A model generated the notes under the pieces. The model was not told the DNA's origin. It saw only the letters and a list, made by a program, of their open reading frames with translations, and searched no databases. A stretch of 64,000 bases of DNA, from the IMG/VR virus record IMGVR_UViG_3300031649_000001, positions 32,001 through 96,000 of that record; one strand, 5' to 3'. Positions within the stretch are counted from its first letter, which is position 1. Every line of letters begins with the position of its first letter. A program made the translations under genes and the position numbers. The DNA comes from a virus. Of the stretch, positions 56,189 through 64,000 are shown in pieces.

Positions 56189-56689
56189 TCAGGTGTCCAG
56201 GAGCGTGATGATGTGCACGTCGCCCTCGCCGTACTCCTTGGCCAGGGCGTCGTAGACGGCTCGCCCGGTGGGCGTCAGGTCGTCCGGGATGGCCTCGTAG
56301 TAGCCGCCGACGTGCCGGTTGCTCAGCGACGCGGAGGTGGCTCCCAGGAACCCCGCCCAGCGCAGCCCCAAGGACAGCTCGTCCTCGCCGCGCAGGTGCG
56401 TCAGGCTCCTCGCCAGGTCGCCCTCATCGGCCCGCTCCAGGGCGGCGCGGGCCGCGTGCAGCCGGGTGCGGGCGCGGTCGTGGTAGCCGCCCTCGTCCCA
56501 GATCTGCGGCTCGGCCATCCGGAACGGCACCCGGGCGTCCGGCTCGCTGAGGTAGGCGTAGACGTCCACGTTGCACGGGTCGTCGGGGCGCTCGGGCGCC
56601 AGCACCACCAGATAGGCGAACAGTCCGCCCTCGCCGGTGTCGTCGTACAGCACGCCGGGCGTCGGCCAGTTGATCATGTTCACGGGCAT
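56189..56689 (-). CDS. Hypothetical protein
   Basis: RBS AGGAG. Confidence 0.6.
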   Translation of the reverse strand: MPVNMINWPTPGVLYDDTGEGGLFAYLVVLAPERPDDPCNVDVYAYLSEPDARVPFRMAEPQIWDEGGYHDRARTRLHAARAALERADEGDLARSLTHLRGEDELSLGLRWAGFLGATSASLSNRHVGGYYEAIPDDLTPTGRAVYDALAKEYGEGDVHIITLLDT

Positions 56690-56700
56690 GGGTGGCGCTC

Positions 56701-57390
56701 CTATTCGACGGCGTCGCGCAGCGTACGGTGCGCGACGATGGGGCTGAGGGTGAGGCGGAGCCAGCCGGTGAGCTGGACGGAGGCCATGCGCTCCAGGTAG
56801 GCGTACGCCCCGTCCAGGGCGTCGGCGTGCTGGGTGGTGTCGGTGGTCAGCGTCTCCACCTCCCGCCGGTACACGTCCTCCGCCTGGCCGATCAGCCGCT
56901 CGGCCTCGGCCTGGGGGTCCTTCACGCCGCGCACGCAGATCAGGAGCTGCCGGGTGGTGTAGGCGGTGCGCACCTGAGTGCGGACGTGGTCCTTGCCCGG
57001 CATCCAGATCGGATCGAGGTGGTCGTCCTCGTCGAACCGGGACTCGGTGATCTTCGCGCCGTGATAGGCGCCCATGGAGACCATGTGGTCCGCGTGATCG
57101 AAGAGGGCGCGGGCGGCCTCCCGCATGTAGTGGCCGTGCCGCTCCTGCCAGCTCATCGGCTCCGGCTCGGTCATGGGCACGTTGGCGGCGCACGCCCGGC
57201 GGACGATCCGTGCGGGCTGGGTGATGCCGCCGGGGCGCTCGGCGTGGAACTTGGCGAGGGCTGCGTGGGCGGAGCCGACGGCCATGATGCGGGAGCGGCC
57301 GGGCCCCTCGCCGTCGGGACAGTCGCAGTCGGTGTAGTGGAGGGCGTAGCCGCCGGTGACGGGCACCAGGCGGACGGGGAATTCGGTCAT
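56701..57390 (-). CDS. Hypothetical protein
   Basis: Preceded by 12-bp motif + AGAGG RBS. Confidence 0.6.
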   Translation of the reverse strand: MTEFPVRLVPVTGGYALHYTDCDCPDGEGPGRSRIMAVGSAHAALAKFHAERPGGITQPARIVRRACAANVPMTEPEPMSWQERHGHYMREAARALFDHADHMVSMGAYHGAKITESRFDEDDHLDPIWMPGKDHVRTQVRTAYTTRQLLICVRGVKDPQAEAERLIGQAEDVYRREVETLTTDTTQHADALDGAYAYLERMASVQLTGWLRLTLSPIVAHRTLRDAVE

Positions 57391-57416
57391 GTGGCTTGGT
57401 CCTCTATCTGCGTGGA

Positions 57417-57782
57417 TCAGTCGTTGTCGGGGCTCGGGCGGCCGACGAGCATGGCTCTGGCCTCCAGTGCGCGGTGGAGCAGGGCGGGCTCGCCGGGGGC
57501 GACGTCGTGGGCCTCCACGGAGTCCTCCAGTTCGGGCAGCTCCAGCCGGAGGCTGTCCGGCTGGCTCTCCATCAGCTCCCGCAGGGCGCGGCCCCGGAGC
57601 GGCATGCGCACCCACACCGCCACGTCGGCCAGGCTGACGGTGACGTACAGCGCAGGCCCGAGGTCCACCTCCACGGAGGCGCCTTCGGCCAGCACGTCGC
57701 GGAGTTCTTCGGTGGTCAGCTCGCTGTAGTCCAGCCCCTCGGTGTCCGCCGCCGGTTCTGTCGGCTCCGGCGCGCCGGTCAC
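57417..57782 (-). CDS. Hypothetical protein
   Basis: Stop fused to 12-bp motif. Confidence 0.55.
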   Translation of the reverse strand: MTGAPEPTEPAADTEGLDYSELTTEELRDVLAEGASVEVDLGPALYVTVSLADVAVWVRMPLRGRALRELMESQPDSLRLELPELEDSVEAHDVAPGEPALLHRALEARAMLVGRPSPDND

Positions 57783-58645
57783 TGGCCCTCCGTCTGGGGC
57801 TCCTCAAGGACCACCCAGTCGCCCGGCTTGTCCAGGACCAGCCAGGTGCCCAGCTCGGTGCGGGGCACCGTGATGCCGTCGGGGTAGTCGGAGGCCTCGT
57901 CGCCGCGCACCACGAGATCGACGTTCGTGGTGGAGACGTCGGTGACGGTGACCGGGACGGCGCGGGTGGCGGTGACGTAGTACTGGCCGGGGGCGGCGAG
58001 GCGCGGCACGCGGCGGCTGGCCGGGCGGGCGTCGGTCTCCGCGTGGCCGGTCAGGGCGCCGGGCTCGCCGTCGTCCTCCCGGGCGAAGAAGCCGTCCTCG
58101 TGGAGCTGGCGGCGGGCGGCGGCCAGGTCGGGCGTGGTGTCGTCGGCCAGGTACCGGAGGTAGCTGCGGATCTTGCGGCCCTCGTCCAGGACGCCGGTGA
58201 CGCGGTAGTCGGCCACGTCGGGGTGTGTGTCCTGCCAGTGCTGGACGCGGCCCAGGACGGCCTCCAGGAGCCGGAGGTTGGTGCGGGCGAAGTCCTCCTC
58301 CATCCGCCGCTCGTCGTGACCGGCCGGGTGCTCGAAGAACGGCTCCCGCTCGCCGCCCGCGCCTTCCTCGGCGTTGCGCTGCTCCGCGAAGACGCCGTTC
58401 TCCACCAGGTGCAGGCCCAGGGTGATGGCGTCGGCGGAGTGCAGCCGGGTGACGATCTCCCGCCGGGGCGGGTTCTTCCCGCCCTTGCCGGGCTCGTCGA
58501 TGACCTGGGAGACGTAGACGTCGCGGGTGTAGCCGTGTTCGGTGTGGGCCGGGCCGCGATTCACGCTGACGGTCTCGTTCTCGTAGGCACGCGGCCGGGC
58601 AAGCCAGGCGTTCTTGCCGGGGCTGGGACTGCGGTTCTCGGTCAT
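57779..58645 (-). CDS. Hypothetical protein
   Basis: Preceded by 12-bp motif + AGGA. Confidence 0.6.
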   Translation of the reverse strand: MTENRSPSPGKNAWLARPRAYENETVSVNRGPAHTEHGYTRDVYVSQVIDEPGKGGKNPPRREIVTRLHSADAITLGLHLVENGVFAEQRNAEEGAGGEREPFFEHPAGHDERRMEEDFARTNLRLLEAVLGRVQHWQDTHPDVADYRVTGVLDEGRKIRSYLRYLADDTTPDLAAARRQLHEDGFFAREDDGEPGALTGHAETDARPASRRVPRLAAPGQYYVTATRAVPVTVTDVSTTNVDLVVRGDEASDYPDGITVPRTELGTWLVLDKPGDWVVLEEPQTEGQ

Positions 58646-58672
58646 GACGGGTCGGTGTCCTATCTGCGTGGA

Positions 58673-58984
58673 TCAGGCGGCGAGGCCGAAGGCCAGGGCC
58701 GTCCGCTTGTAGGCGAGGAGCGTACGAAGCAGGTCGAGCGCCTGGGTGGCCAGGTCGTAGGCGGCGGCGGGCCGCTGGCGGCCGTTGGCCAGGGTGTAGG
58801 TGCGGGCGGCCGGGGCGATGCCCAGACGCTTGGCGGTGCGGGTGATCTGGGAGGCGTACCGGGCGGCGAAGTCGTCGCCGAGGCCGAGCCGGTCCAGGAG
58901 GGTGCGGGCCGTGATCAGCGTGGGCTGGCGGCGGGCGCCCAGGACGGCGGCGCGGTGGTGGCGGCGGGTGCGCGTCCGGTACAT
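58673..58984 (-). CDS. Basic hypothetical protein
   Basis: RBS GAGGGAG; downstream of IR-promoter. Confidence 0.6.
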   Translation of the reverse strand: MYRTRTRRHHRAAVLGARRQPTLITARTLLDRLGLGDDFAARYASQITRTAKRLGIAPAARTYTLANGRQRPAAAYDLATQALDLLRTLLAYKRTALAFGLAA

Positions 58985-59011
58985 CGTGTCTCCCTCGGTC
59001 TCCTGCTTGCC

Positions 59012-59064
59012 GTGTGACACGAGATTAGCATCACGGGATACCGCGCGCAAATCTCGTGTCTCAT
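59012..59064 (-). promoter_or_regulatory. IR-embedded sigma70-like promoter
   Basis: Minus strand GAGACACGAGAT-TTGCGC-N17-TAATCT-CGTGTCACAC. Confidence 0.8.
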
Positions 59065-59153
59065 CACAGGGACGAGTCAGGGCCCCGCCACCCACCGTGT
59101 CTGAAGGGAGCGACGAGGCCCTACGGGCATCATGCCATGCGCTGAACGGGAAT

Positions 59154-59654
59154 TCAGACAGGACGCCCGGACCGGCCGGAGGAGATCGGCGCCGGGGTTA
59201 CCCCCCGCTCCAGGCACTCGGACACCAGGGCGCGGAAGTCCATCCGGCAGAAGTCCGCCCGCGCCATGCTGTCGGCGGTGAGCTGGAGCGCGGGCCATTC
59301 CTCCCGGTGGAACTGCTCCCGGCCCTGGCCGTACAGCACCTCGTCCAGCCAGAGCGCCACGATGTGCACCGCCTTGACGCCGCGTTCGCTCCTGAGGTCG
59401 GCCGGGGGGGCATCCGGCCGGTCGGCCGCCCGCCCGCCCGGCCGGACCCACTGATCGACGAGGTAGCCGATGTGGGCGAGTGCTACCGGAGTGTCGGACA
59501 GGTACGAGTCCAGCAGCGCCCGCGCCGCCCTGGCCCGGTCGGGCTCCCAGAACTCCGGCCGGTACCAGGCGTCCGGCCGCCAGTCCCCGTCGCCGGTCTG
59601 CGTGGCCCCCGCGTTCTGGTGGTGGGCCACCACCACGATCCTGCTCGGGCTCAC
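59154..59654 (-). CDS. Hypothetical protein
   Basis: GTG coupled to upstream small ORF. Confidence 0.5.
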   Translation of the reverse strand: MSPSRIVVVAHHQNAGATQTGDGDWRPDAWYRPEFWEPDRARAARALLDSYLSDTPVALAHIGYLVDQWVRPGGRAADRPDAPPADLRSERGVKAVHIVALWLDEVLYGQGREQFHREEWPALQLTADSMARADFCRMDFRALVSECLERGVTPAPISSGRSGRPV

Positions 59655-59790
59655 CACCGGCCGTTCACCGCCCTGCCGCACCGGCCGCTGGCCCAGTCCA
59701 TGGCCCGGTCCAGGCGTGCGCCCAGCCACTCCCAGACGGCCTCCCCAGGGCCGCGACGGCGCCGTCCGGGACGGCGCCGCCTGCCCAGGC

Positions 59791-60084
59791 TCATGCCGTC
59801 TTACCCGTCGCCACGACGTCCTTGAAGGTGGAGCCCACCTTGAAGGAAGCGCGGTAGCGGGCGGGGACGTCGATCTTCCCGCCGGTGGCCGGGTTCGTCG
59901 CGGTGCGGGCGCCGGAGAACTTGCGCTCCCAGGTGCCGAACCCGGGGATGACGACCTTCTCGTCCCCGGCGGCCACGGTGTCCTGCACGACGTCGACCAG
60001 GGCATCCAGGAACGCCTTCGTCTGGGTCTGGGTGGCGCCGTCCATGCGGTCGGCGATGGCGGCGGCGAGCTGGTTCTTGTTCAC
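59791..60084 (-). CDS. hup: HU family DNA-binding protein
   Basis: NKNQLAAAIA...VIPGFGTW...ARTATNPATG..IDVPA....FKVG..FKD. Confidence 0.92.
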   Translation of the reverse strand: MNKNQLAAAIADRMDGATQTQTKAFLDALVDVVQDTVAAGDEKVVIPGFGTWERKFSGARTATNPATGGKIDVPARYRASFKVGSTFKDVVATGKTA

Positions 60085-60374
60085 GTGATGTAGTCCTTCG
60101 TGCTGTCGATGAGTTCCTGGTGCGCGTCCGCTGCTGCGGAATCGCGAACCCGCTGCTCGGCGAGGGCGCCGAGTGCTCGGGCGTAGTTCAGGGCGGCGCC
60201 GATGCCGTGACAGACCGTGTCGCGGAACACGAACCGTGTGCCCGCGTCGGTGCCGGTGCCGCCGGGCGAGTAGGCGTACAGGTACGTCTGCTCGCCGGTG
60301 ACGTGGGTGTAGCGGGCGGCCTCCATCCGCATCTCGCGGTAGCGAGGCCTGTTGATCAGCAGGCTGTACGCCAT
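60081..60374 (-). CDS. Hypothetical protein
   Basis: RBS GGAGGAG; coupled to HU. Confidence 0.6.
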   Translation of the reverse strand: MAYSLLINRPRYREMRMEAARYTHVTGEQTYLYAYSPGGTGTDAGTRFVFRDTVCHGIGAALNYARALGALAEQRVRDSAAADAHQELIDSTKDYIT

Positions 60375-60383
60375 CGGCTCCTC

Positions 60384-60746
60384 CTAGAAGTCCTGCCGCC
60401 AGACCTGGCCGTCGTCGGCCCAGGTCCAGCGCTGCCAGACGTCCTCCGGGACGCTGGGCGCCTCGCCCTTCACGTCGGCACTGTTGACGATCCACACCTC
60501 CATGAACGCGGTGTCGTTGCCGTCGGGCCAGTGGGTGGGCTCGGGCGGCCCGAACTTCCCGGCCTGGCGGACCATGCCGCGCTGGGACCGGACACGCTGC
60601 CCGAACTCGTCCAGGGCGCGGCCGATCGACTGGAACTCCTCGATCGTCGGGTCGGTGGAGCCGCCGGGGCCGTGGTTGTTCGGGTGGTAGATGAGCCGGA
60701 GCCGCTGGCCGCGCTCCAGCTTCATGTCGCTGGGCTCTTCGCCCAT
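60384..60746 (-). CDS. Hypothetical protein
   Basis: RBS GAGAGG; downstream of IR-type promoter. Confidence 0.55.
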   Translation of the reverse strand: MGEEPSDMKLERGQRLRLIYHPNNHGPGGSTDPTIEEFQSIGRALDEFGQRVRSQRGMVRQAGKFGPPEPTHWPDGNDTAFMEVWIVNSADVKGEAPSVPEDVWQRWTWADDGQVWRQDF

Positions 60747-60770
60747 GGAGTGATCCTCTCTTCGGTGCCG

Positions 60771-60820
60771 TGTGTGATCACGCTATCCGACAGGGCGCGC
60801 GTGCACAAACCTTGTGTCAC
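60771..60820 (-). promoter_or_regulatory. IR-promoter family member (degenerate)
   Basis: Minus strand GTGACACAAGGT-TTGTGC...GA-TAGCGT-GATCACAC. Confidence 0.55.
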
Positions 60821-61266
60821 TCACCGTGCATGAAAGCAGGGCGTTCACCCGGCTCGTCCTGTTCCTTGGTGTAGGCGGACGGGGTGACCGTGTACGGCAC
60901 CGTCTCCTCCCGGCCGTCCGGGTGCAGCAGCGTGATCTCCCCCTGGGCCTTCGCGACGCGCAGGAACAGCGAGCGCGGCCCGGCCTCGGGGTGCTGTTCC
61001 TGGCCCCGGCAGATCGCCTGCGGCAGCTCACCCGGGTTGTAGCTGAGGGTGTCGTGGCAGGTGATGAAGCTCTCTTCGCGGGTCACGGACTCCGTCAGGT
61101 ACTTCAGGAGGCCAGGCTGTAGGTGCATCAGGTTGCCGGGGCGGAAGATGCACGTGTCGCACCGGCGGGCCATGAGCCGGACCAGGCCGCCGTCCGTCCA
61201 CACCTTCTGGGTCGGCTCGTCGTCCTCGTCGTCGTCCCAGACCTCGGTCTCGATGTCCTCATCCAC
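60817..61266 (-). CDS. Cys-rich hypothetical protein (C.TC.FRPGN...CH.T...C.G)
   Basis: RCDTCIFRPGNLM, TCHDT, ICRG. Confidence 0.65.
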   Translation of the reverse strand: MDEDIETEVWDDDEDDEPTQKVWTDGGLVRLMARRCDTCIFRPGNLMHLQPGLLKYLTESVTREESFITCHDTLSYNPGELPQAICRGQEQHPEAGPRSLFLRVAKAQGEITLLHPDGREETVPYTVTPSAYTKEQDEPGERPAFMHGE

Positions 61267-61341
61267 GCGGATAGCTCCAGGGGGTGGCCGCCCGGCCAGG
61301 TGGCCGGGCGGGCGGGCGGTCAGGTGAGCAGGCGGGGCAGG

Positions 61342-61608
61342 CTACTTCAGCCCGACCATGGCCTTCAGCTCGGCCTTGATCCGGCGGGCGTCCTCACCGC
61401 GCCAGGTGCCCGCGTTCACCAGGAACCGGCGGACGATGCCGTCGCCGGAGTCGTCGCCGAAGCTGTCCTCCACGCTGTCCAGCCCTTCCATGGCCTGGAT
61501 GTACGGCTCGGCGCCGAAGTAGATCTTCGGCCAGGTGGAGCGGATCTCGGCCGCGATGTCGCGGACCTTGCGCGGCTCGGGGGTGGTGTCGGTGGCGGTG
61601 TCCGCCAT
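61342..61608 (-). CDS. Conserved small phage protein (IA.EI...W....F.A.PY..AM...WRG..A..IKAEL)
   Basis: RBS GGAGG; recognisable phage hypothetical motif. Confidence 0.7.
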   Translation of the reverse strand: MADTATDTTPEPRKVRDIAAEIRSTWPKIYFGAEPYIQAMEGLDSVEDSFGDDSGDGIVRRFLVNAGTWRGEDARRIKAELKAMVGLK

Positions 61609-61650
61609 GGGGTCCTCCGGTGGCTTGGCCCCCGGCCCGGCGGCCGGGGG

Positions 61651-61701
61651 GTGTGACATCAAACTATCAACCCCTCGGACCGTGCGCAAATCCCGTGTCA
61701 C
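61651..61701 (-). promoter_or_regulatory. IR-embedded promoter
   Basis: Minus strand GTGACACGGGAT-TTGCGC...GA-TAGTTT-GATGTCAC. Confidence 0.7.
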
Positions 61702-61789
61702 GTACCTACGGTGACATCAGGGTTCACGCCTCTGTCCACGGGGCTGGCCGCCCGGCGGGGTGCCGGGCGGCCAGTGTGATCCGCGTGGA

Positions 61790-62665
61790 TCACTTGTCGG
61801 TGCAGCTCGGGCACCACACGGAGCGGCGGCCACCACGCAGGCCGCGCTCCTGGACCAGCCGCGTGAGCGGGTGGGCGTGCTTGTGGGTGGTGCAGATGAG
61901 GGCGTACTTGCCGTCCTTGCGGCCGACCTGGGCCTTCTGCTTGGGCTTGTCGTACAGCAGCTCCCAGCCCTCCACGGCCGCGTCGCCCTGGGCCTCGCGG
62001 CGGGTGCCGCCGCCGGTGCCGGTGCGGGGGGCCCGTGCGGGCTTGTCGCGCTCCACGGCCTTGGCCGCCTCGGCCGCCTTGGGGGCGTCGGCGCAGCCCT
62101 TGCCGTGCTCGCCGGTCTCGACGATCTTCTCCACGGAGCAGCCGCACGCGGCCTGGCCCCGGTGGGCGTCGGCGGCCGGGGCGGCGTCCTCGTCGCTGTT
62201 CTCGTCCTCCTGGTCGGGGGCGTTCTCCAGGGCGGCCGTGATGGCGGCGGCCTGGGCGACGGTGGCGGTGGCCTCGTCGATCACGGCGTTCAGGAGGGCG
62301 TCAAACTCCTCGCCGCTCTCGCCGTCCTCGTCGTCGGCTGCCCGCTCGGCGACGGCGTTCGCCTCGGCCACGGCCGCGTCCTCGGCGTCGCGCCCGGCCT
62401 GCTCGCTGGCCAGGGTCTCCGTCACGGCGGCGGCCGACAGCGTGGTCTCGTCGTCGGCGGCCGGGGCGGCGGGCTCCGGGGCGGTCGCGACCGGCGCGCC
62501 CTGGGCGGTGTAGGTGAGCTTGCTGGTGGCCTCGGTGCGGACCTCGACATCCACGCGGTCCAGCTTGGCGCGGGCGTCGGCCTCGGTCTTGGCGCTCTTG
62601 AGGTTCGAGATGCGCTTGGGCTCGGGGCTGGAGGGGGTGGCGGCGACGATGTAGGCGGTGGCCAT
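61790..62665 (-). CDS. Acidic/Ala-rich protein with C-terminal 'WELLYDKPK' Zn domain
   Basis: C-terminus paralogous to 26930..28171; RBS GAGGAG. Confidence 0.7.
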   Translation of the reverse strand: MATAYIVAATPSSPEPKRISNLKSAKTEADARAKLDRVDVEVRTEATSKLTYTAQGAPVATAPEPAAPAADDETTLSAAAVTETLASEQAGRDAEDAAVAEANAVAERAADDEDGESGEEFDALLNAVIDEATATVAQAAAITAALENAPDQEDENSDEDAAPAADAHRGQAACGCSVEKIVETGEHGKGCADAPKAAEAAKAVERDKPARAPRTGTGGGTRREAQGDAAVEGWELLYDKPKQKAQVGRKDGKYALICTTHKHAHPLTRLVQERGLRGGRRSVWCPSCTDK

Positions 62666-62714
62666 GACGGGCTCCTCGGCGAGTCGGGTGGTGCGTGGTG
62701 GGGCGGTTCCCCTT

Positions 62715-62768
62715 ACGAGACACGAAGTTAGCATACTCTGATCCGCGTGCGCAAATCTCATGTCACAC
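62715..62768 (-). promoter_or_regulatory. IR-embedded sigma70-like promoter
   Basis: Minus strand GTGTGACATGAGAT-TTGCGC-N18-TAACTT-CGTGTCTCG. Confidence 0.8.
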
Positions 62769-62820
62769 GGGCGGGCGGGCGGCCGGACCCTGGGGGAGCC
62801 CGGCCGCCCATCCACGCTGA

Positions 62821-63129
62821 TCAGTCCTCGGTGGCGGGCAGGTCCTCCAGCTCGGCCGCCGCCTGGGCGCCCTGGGCCGCCTCGGTGAGACGCGTGAGCA
62901 CCAGCGAGGCCGCCGCTTCACGCCCCATGGCGCGGCTCACCGGGTCGTCACCGGTCAGCCCGTAGGCCACCGGGAGAACTTCCTCCTCGTAGGTGGTGTG
63001 GACCAGGTGGACCAGCTCCTCCATGGCGCGGGTCCAGCCCGGGGCGTTCTCCTCGTCGGTGAGCTCGCCGTAGATGGTGCTCACGCCCATCTGGTAGTCG
63101 TCGGACGGGGTGGGTGCGGTGTCGTTCAA
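62821..63129 (-). CDS. Hypothetical acidic protein
   Basis: TTG after GAGGAG RBS. Confidence 0.55.
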   Translation of the reverse strand: MNDTAPTPSDDYQMGVSTIYGELTDEENAPGWTRAMEELVHLVHTTYEEEVLPVAYGLTGDDPVSRAMGREAAASLVLTRLTEAAQGAQAAAELEDLPATED

Positions 63130-63244
63130 GGTGTCTCCTCGTTCGGGCTGGGGGCTCTCCCCGGCAGGCGCCACGCCCCCTCCCCCCCGGGCGGGGGCGT
63201 GGCGCCAGCGAGGGGGGCGGCCGGGGGCCGCCCTCCCCGCCCGG

Positions 63245-63532
63245 TCAGCCGTCGCGGCGGATCTGGTCGGCGGTGTCCAGCTCCTCGTCGAGCGCGACGG
63301 TCACGCGGTCCAGGATCAGGGAGTGCAGGGCGCGTTCGGCCATGGGGGCGGAGGAGCCGGGGACCATGCGCATCACGTTCTGCATTCCGGCCGTGAACAC
63401 GGCGCGGATGGCCTCGTCCAGGATGTCGAGTTCTTCGCTCAGGCGGCTGACGTTGGGGTCGCCTGCCTCGATGCGGCGCTCGATGGCGCGGCGCATGGGG
63501 CTGGTGCCGTCGTTGGGGAGCTGGCTGATCAT
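63245..63532 (-). CDS. Hypothetical protein
   Basis: RBS AGGAGG; downstream of IR-promoter. Confidence 0.6.
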   Translation of the reverse strand: MISQLPNDGTSPMRRAIERRIEAGDPNVSRLSEELDILDEAIRAVFTAGMQNVMRMVPGSSAPMAERALHSLILDRVTVALDEELDTADQIRRDG

Positions 63533-63572
63533 GTGGCCTCCTGTGCCTGGTGGTGGGGGCGGCGCCCCCGGT

Positions 63573-63625
63573 GTGAGACATGACATTAGCGTCGGCCCAT
63601 ACTCAATGCAAATCTCATGTCACAC
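63573..63625 (-). promoter_or_regulatory. IR-embedded promoter (divergent pair, left)
   Basis: Minus strand GTGTGACATGAGAT-TTGCAT-N17-TAATGT-CATGTCTCAC. Confidence 0.8.
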
Positions 63626-63663
63626 GGCCGGGCGGTCGGGCGGGCGGCCGACCGGCCAGTCAT

Positions 63664-63717
63664 GCGAGACATGAGGTTTGCATACACCAGTAGGCGCCCG
63701 CTAATGTCGTGTCTCAC
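63664..63717 (+). promoter_or_regulatory. IR-embedded promoter (divergent pair, right)
   Basis: GCGAGACATGAGGT-TTGCAT-N18-TAATGT-CGTGTCTCAC. Confidence 0.8.
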
Positions 63718-63742
63718 ACGGCAACCGAAGGGATCACCAGCC

Positions 63743-64000
63743 ATGGCAGTCAGGTTCGGCAGACCGCCCCCGCAGACCGACTGGGCACTGGCGTGCTCCG
63801 TGCACGCTCAGGCGCTGCGGCTGAGCGCCGACGGAGCGAGCCCGCTCCAGGCGGAGCGGGCCGTCGTCGAGTACGGCGCGGCCGTCGCGCTGGAGAAAGC
63901 GGCCGACTACTGGCGCACCGGCGACCACGAGCTGGCCCGGATGTGGATGCGGGCGGCGGGCAGCCAGCTCGCCGCCGCGCTCATCGACGTGCCATGGCTG
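63743..64000 (+). CDS. Hypothetical protein (partial, runs off window)
   Basis: ATG after AAGGGA, downstream of promoter; open to window end. Confidence 0.6.
   Translation, partial: MAVRFGRPPPQTDWALACSVHAQALRLSADGASPLQAERAVVEYGAAVALEKAADYWRTGDHELARMWMRAAGSQLAAALIDVPWL

Larger units (their letters stand above)
725..62821. repeat. Dispersed 12-bp pseudo-palindrome ATCC(A/G/C)CG(C/T/G)(A/G)GAT, about 30 copies
   Basis: e.g. 725, 2268, 2319, 8499, 10799, 11551, 13238, 14564, 15127, 20691, 23666, 26776, 28207, 28707, 28985, 33253, 33950, 35021, 35244, 36595, 44183, 52137, 54218, 57406, 58662, 61261, 61779, 62810. Confidence 0.85.
1057..63657. repeat. Dispersed 4-nt-periodic GGCC/GCCC/GGGC tracts, about 20 copies
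   Basis: e.g. 1057, 3692, 3939, 5937, 17102, 18415, 19997, 20711, 28181, 37961, 39952, 51271, 53047, 55268, 59423, 61286, 63625. Confidence 0.8.

Noticed and set aside
1-64000. tRNA/rRNA genes, reverse transcriptase/DGR, transposases
   Set aside because: No cloverleaf, YxDD RT motif, TR/VR pair or DDE ORF recognised by eye

Overview
High-GC (Streptomyces-like codon usage) actinobacterial phage or phage-plasmid segment. It carries a near-complete siphovirus morphogenesis set on the + strand: terminase C-terminus, DUF1360 membrane protein, portal, a MuF/protease/Nudix head polyprotein, two capsid proteins (hexamer- and pentamer-type, as in mycobacteriophage cluster B-like phages), a PKD-bearing major tail protein, Fn3 protein, His-repeat beta-helix fibre, head-tail connectors, tail assembly chaperones, tape measure, Dit, propeller-hub, GDPD-like tail protein, amidase-LysM endolysin and holin. 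The structural operon is repeatedly interrupted by blocks of small accessory genes: an AcrVA2-like protein, a lipoprotein, a UPF0489/deacetylase-fold protein, a GNAT, a tyrosine recombinase with an 11-7-11 lox/dif-like site, a 4xHTH protein, an EndoVII homing endonuclease and HU. The most striking unexplained structure is non-coding. (1) About 30 copies of a 12-bp pseudo-palindrome ATCC(A/G/C)CG(C/T/G)(A/G)GAT, many fused to TGA stop codons at gene junctions. (2) About 11 sigma70-like promoters whose -35 and -10 boxes lie inside the arms of an ~18-bp inverted repeat, several followed by a conserved 5' hairpin. (3) About 20 4-nt-periodic (GSSC)n tracts, often just upstream of late genes. (4) An exact 18-bp structured leader shared by the major capsid and tape measure genes. 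In addition, the head polyprotein appears to be punctuated by L/I-T-A-A/S motifs that bracket a Nudix module flanked by 22-bp direct repeats. All family assignments come from motif recognition by eye; no database searches were run.
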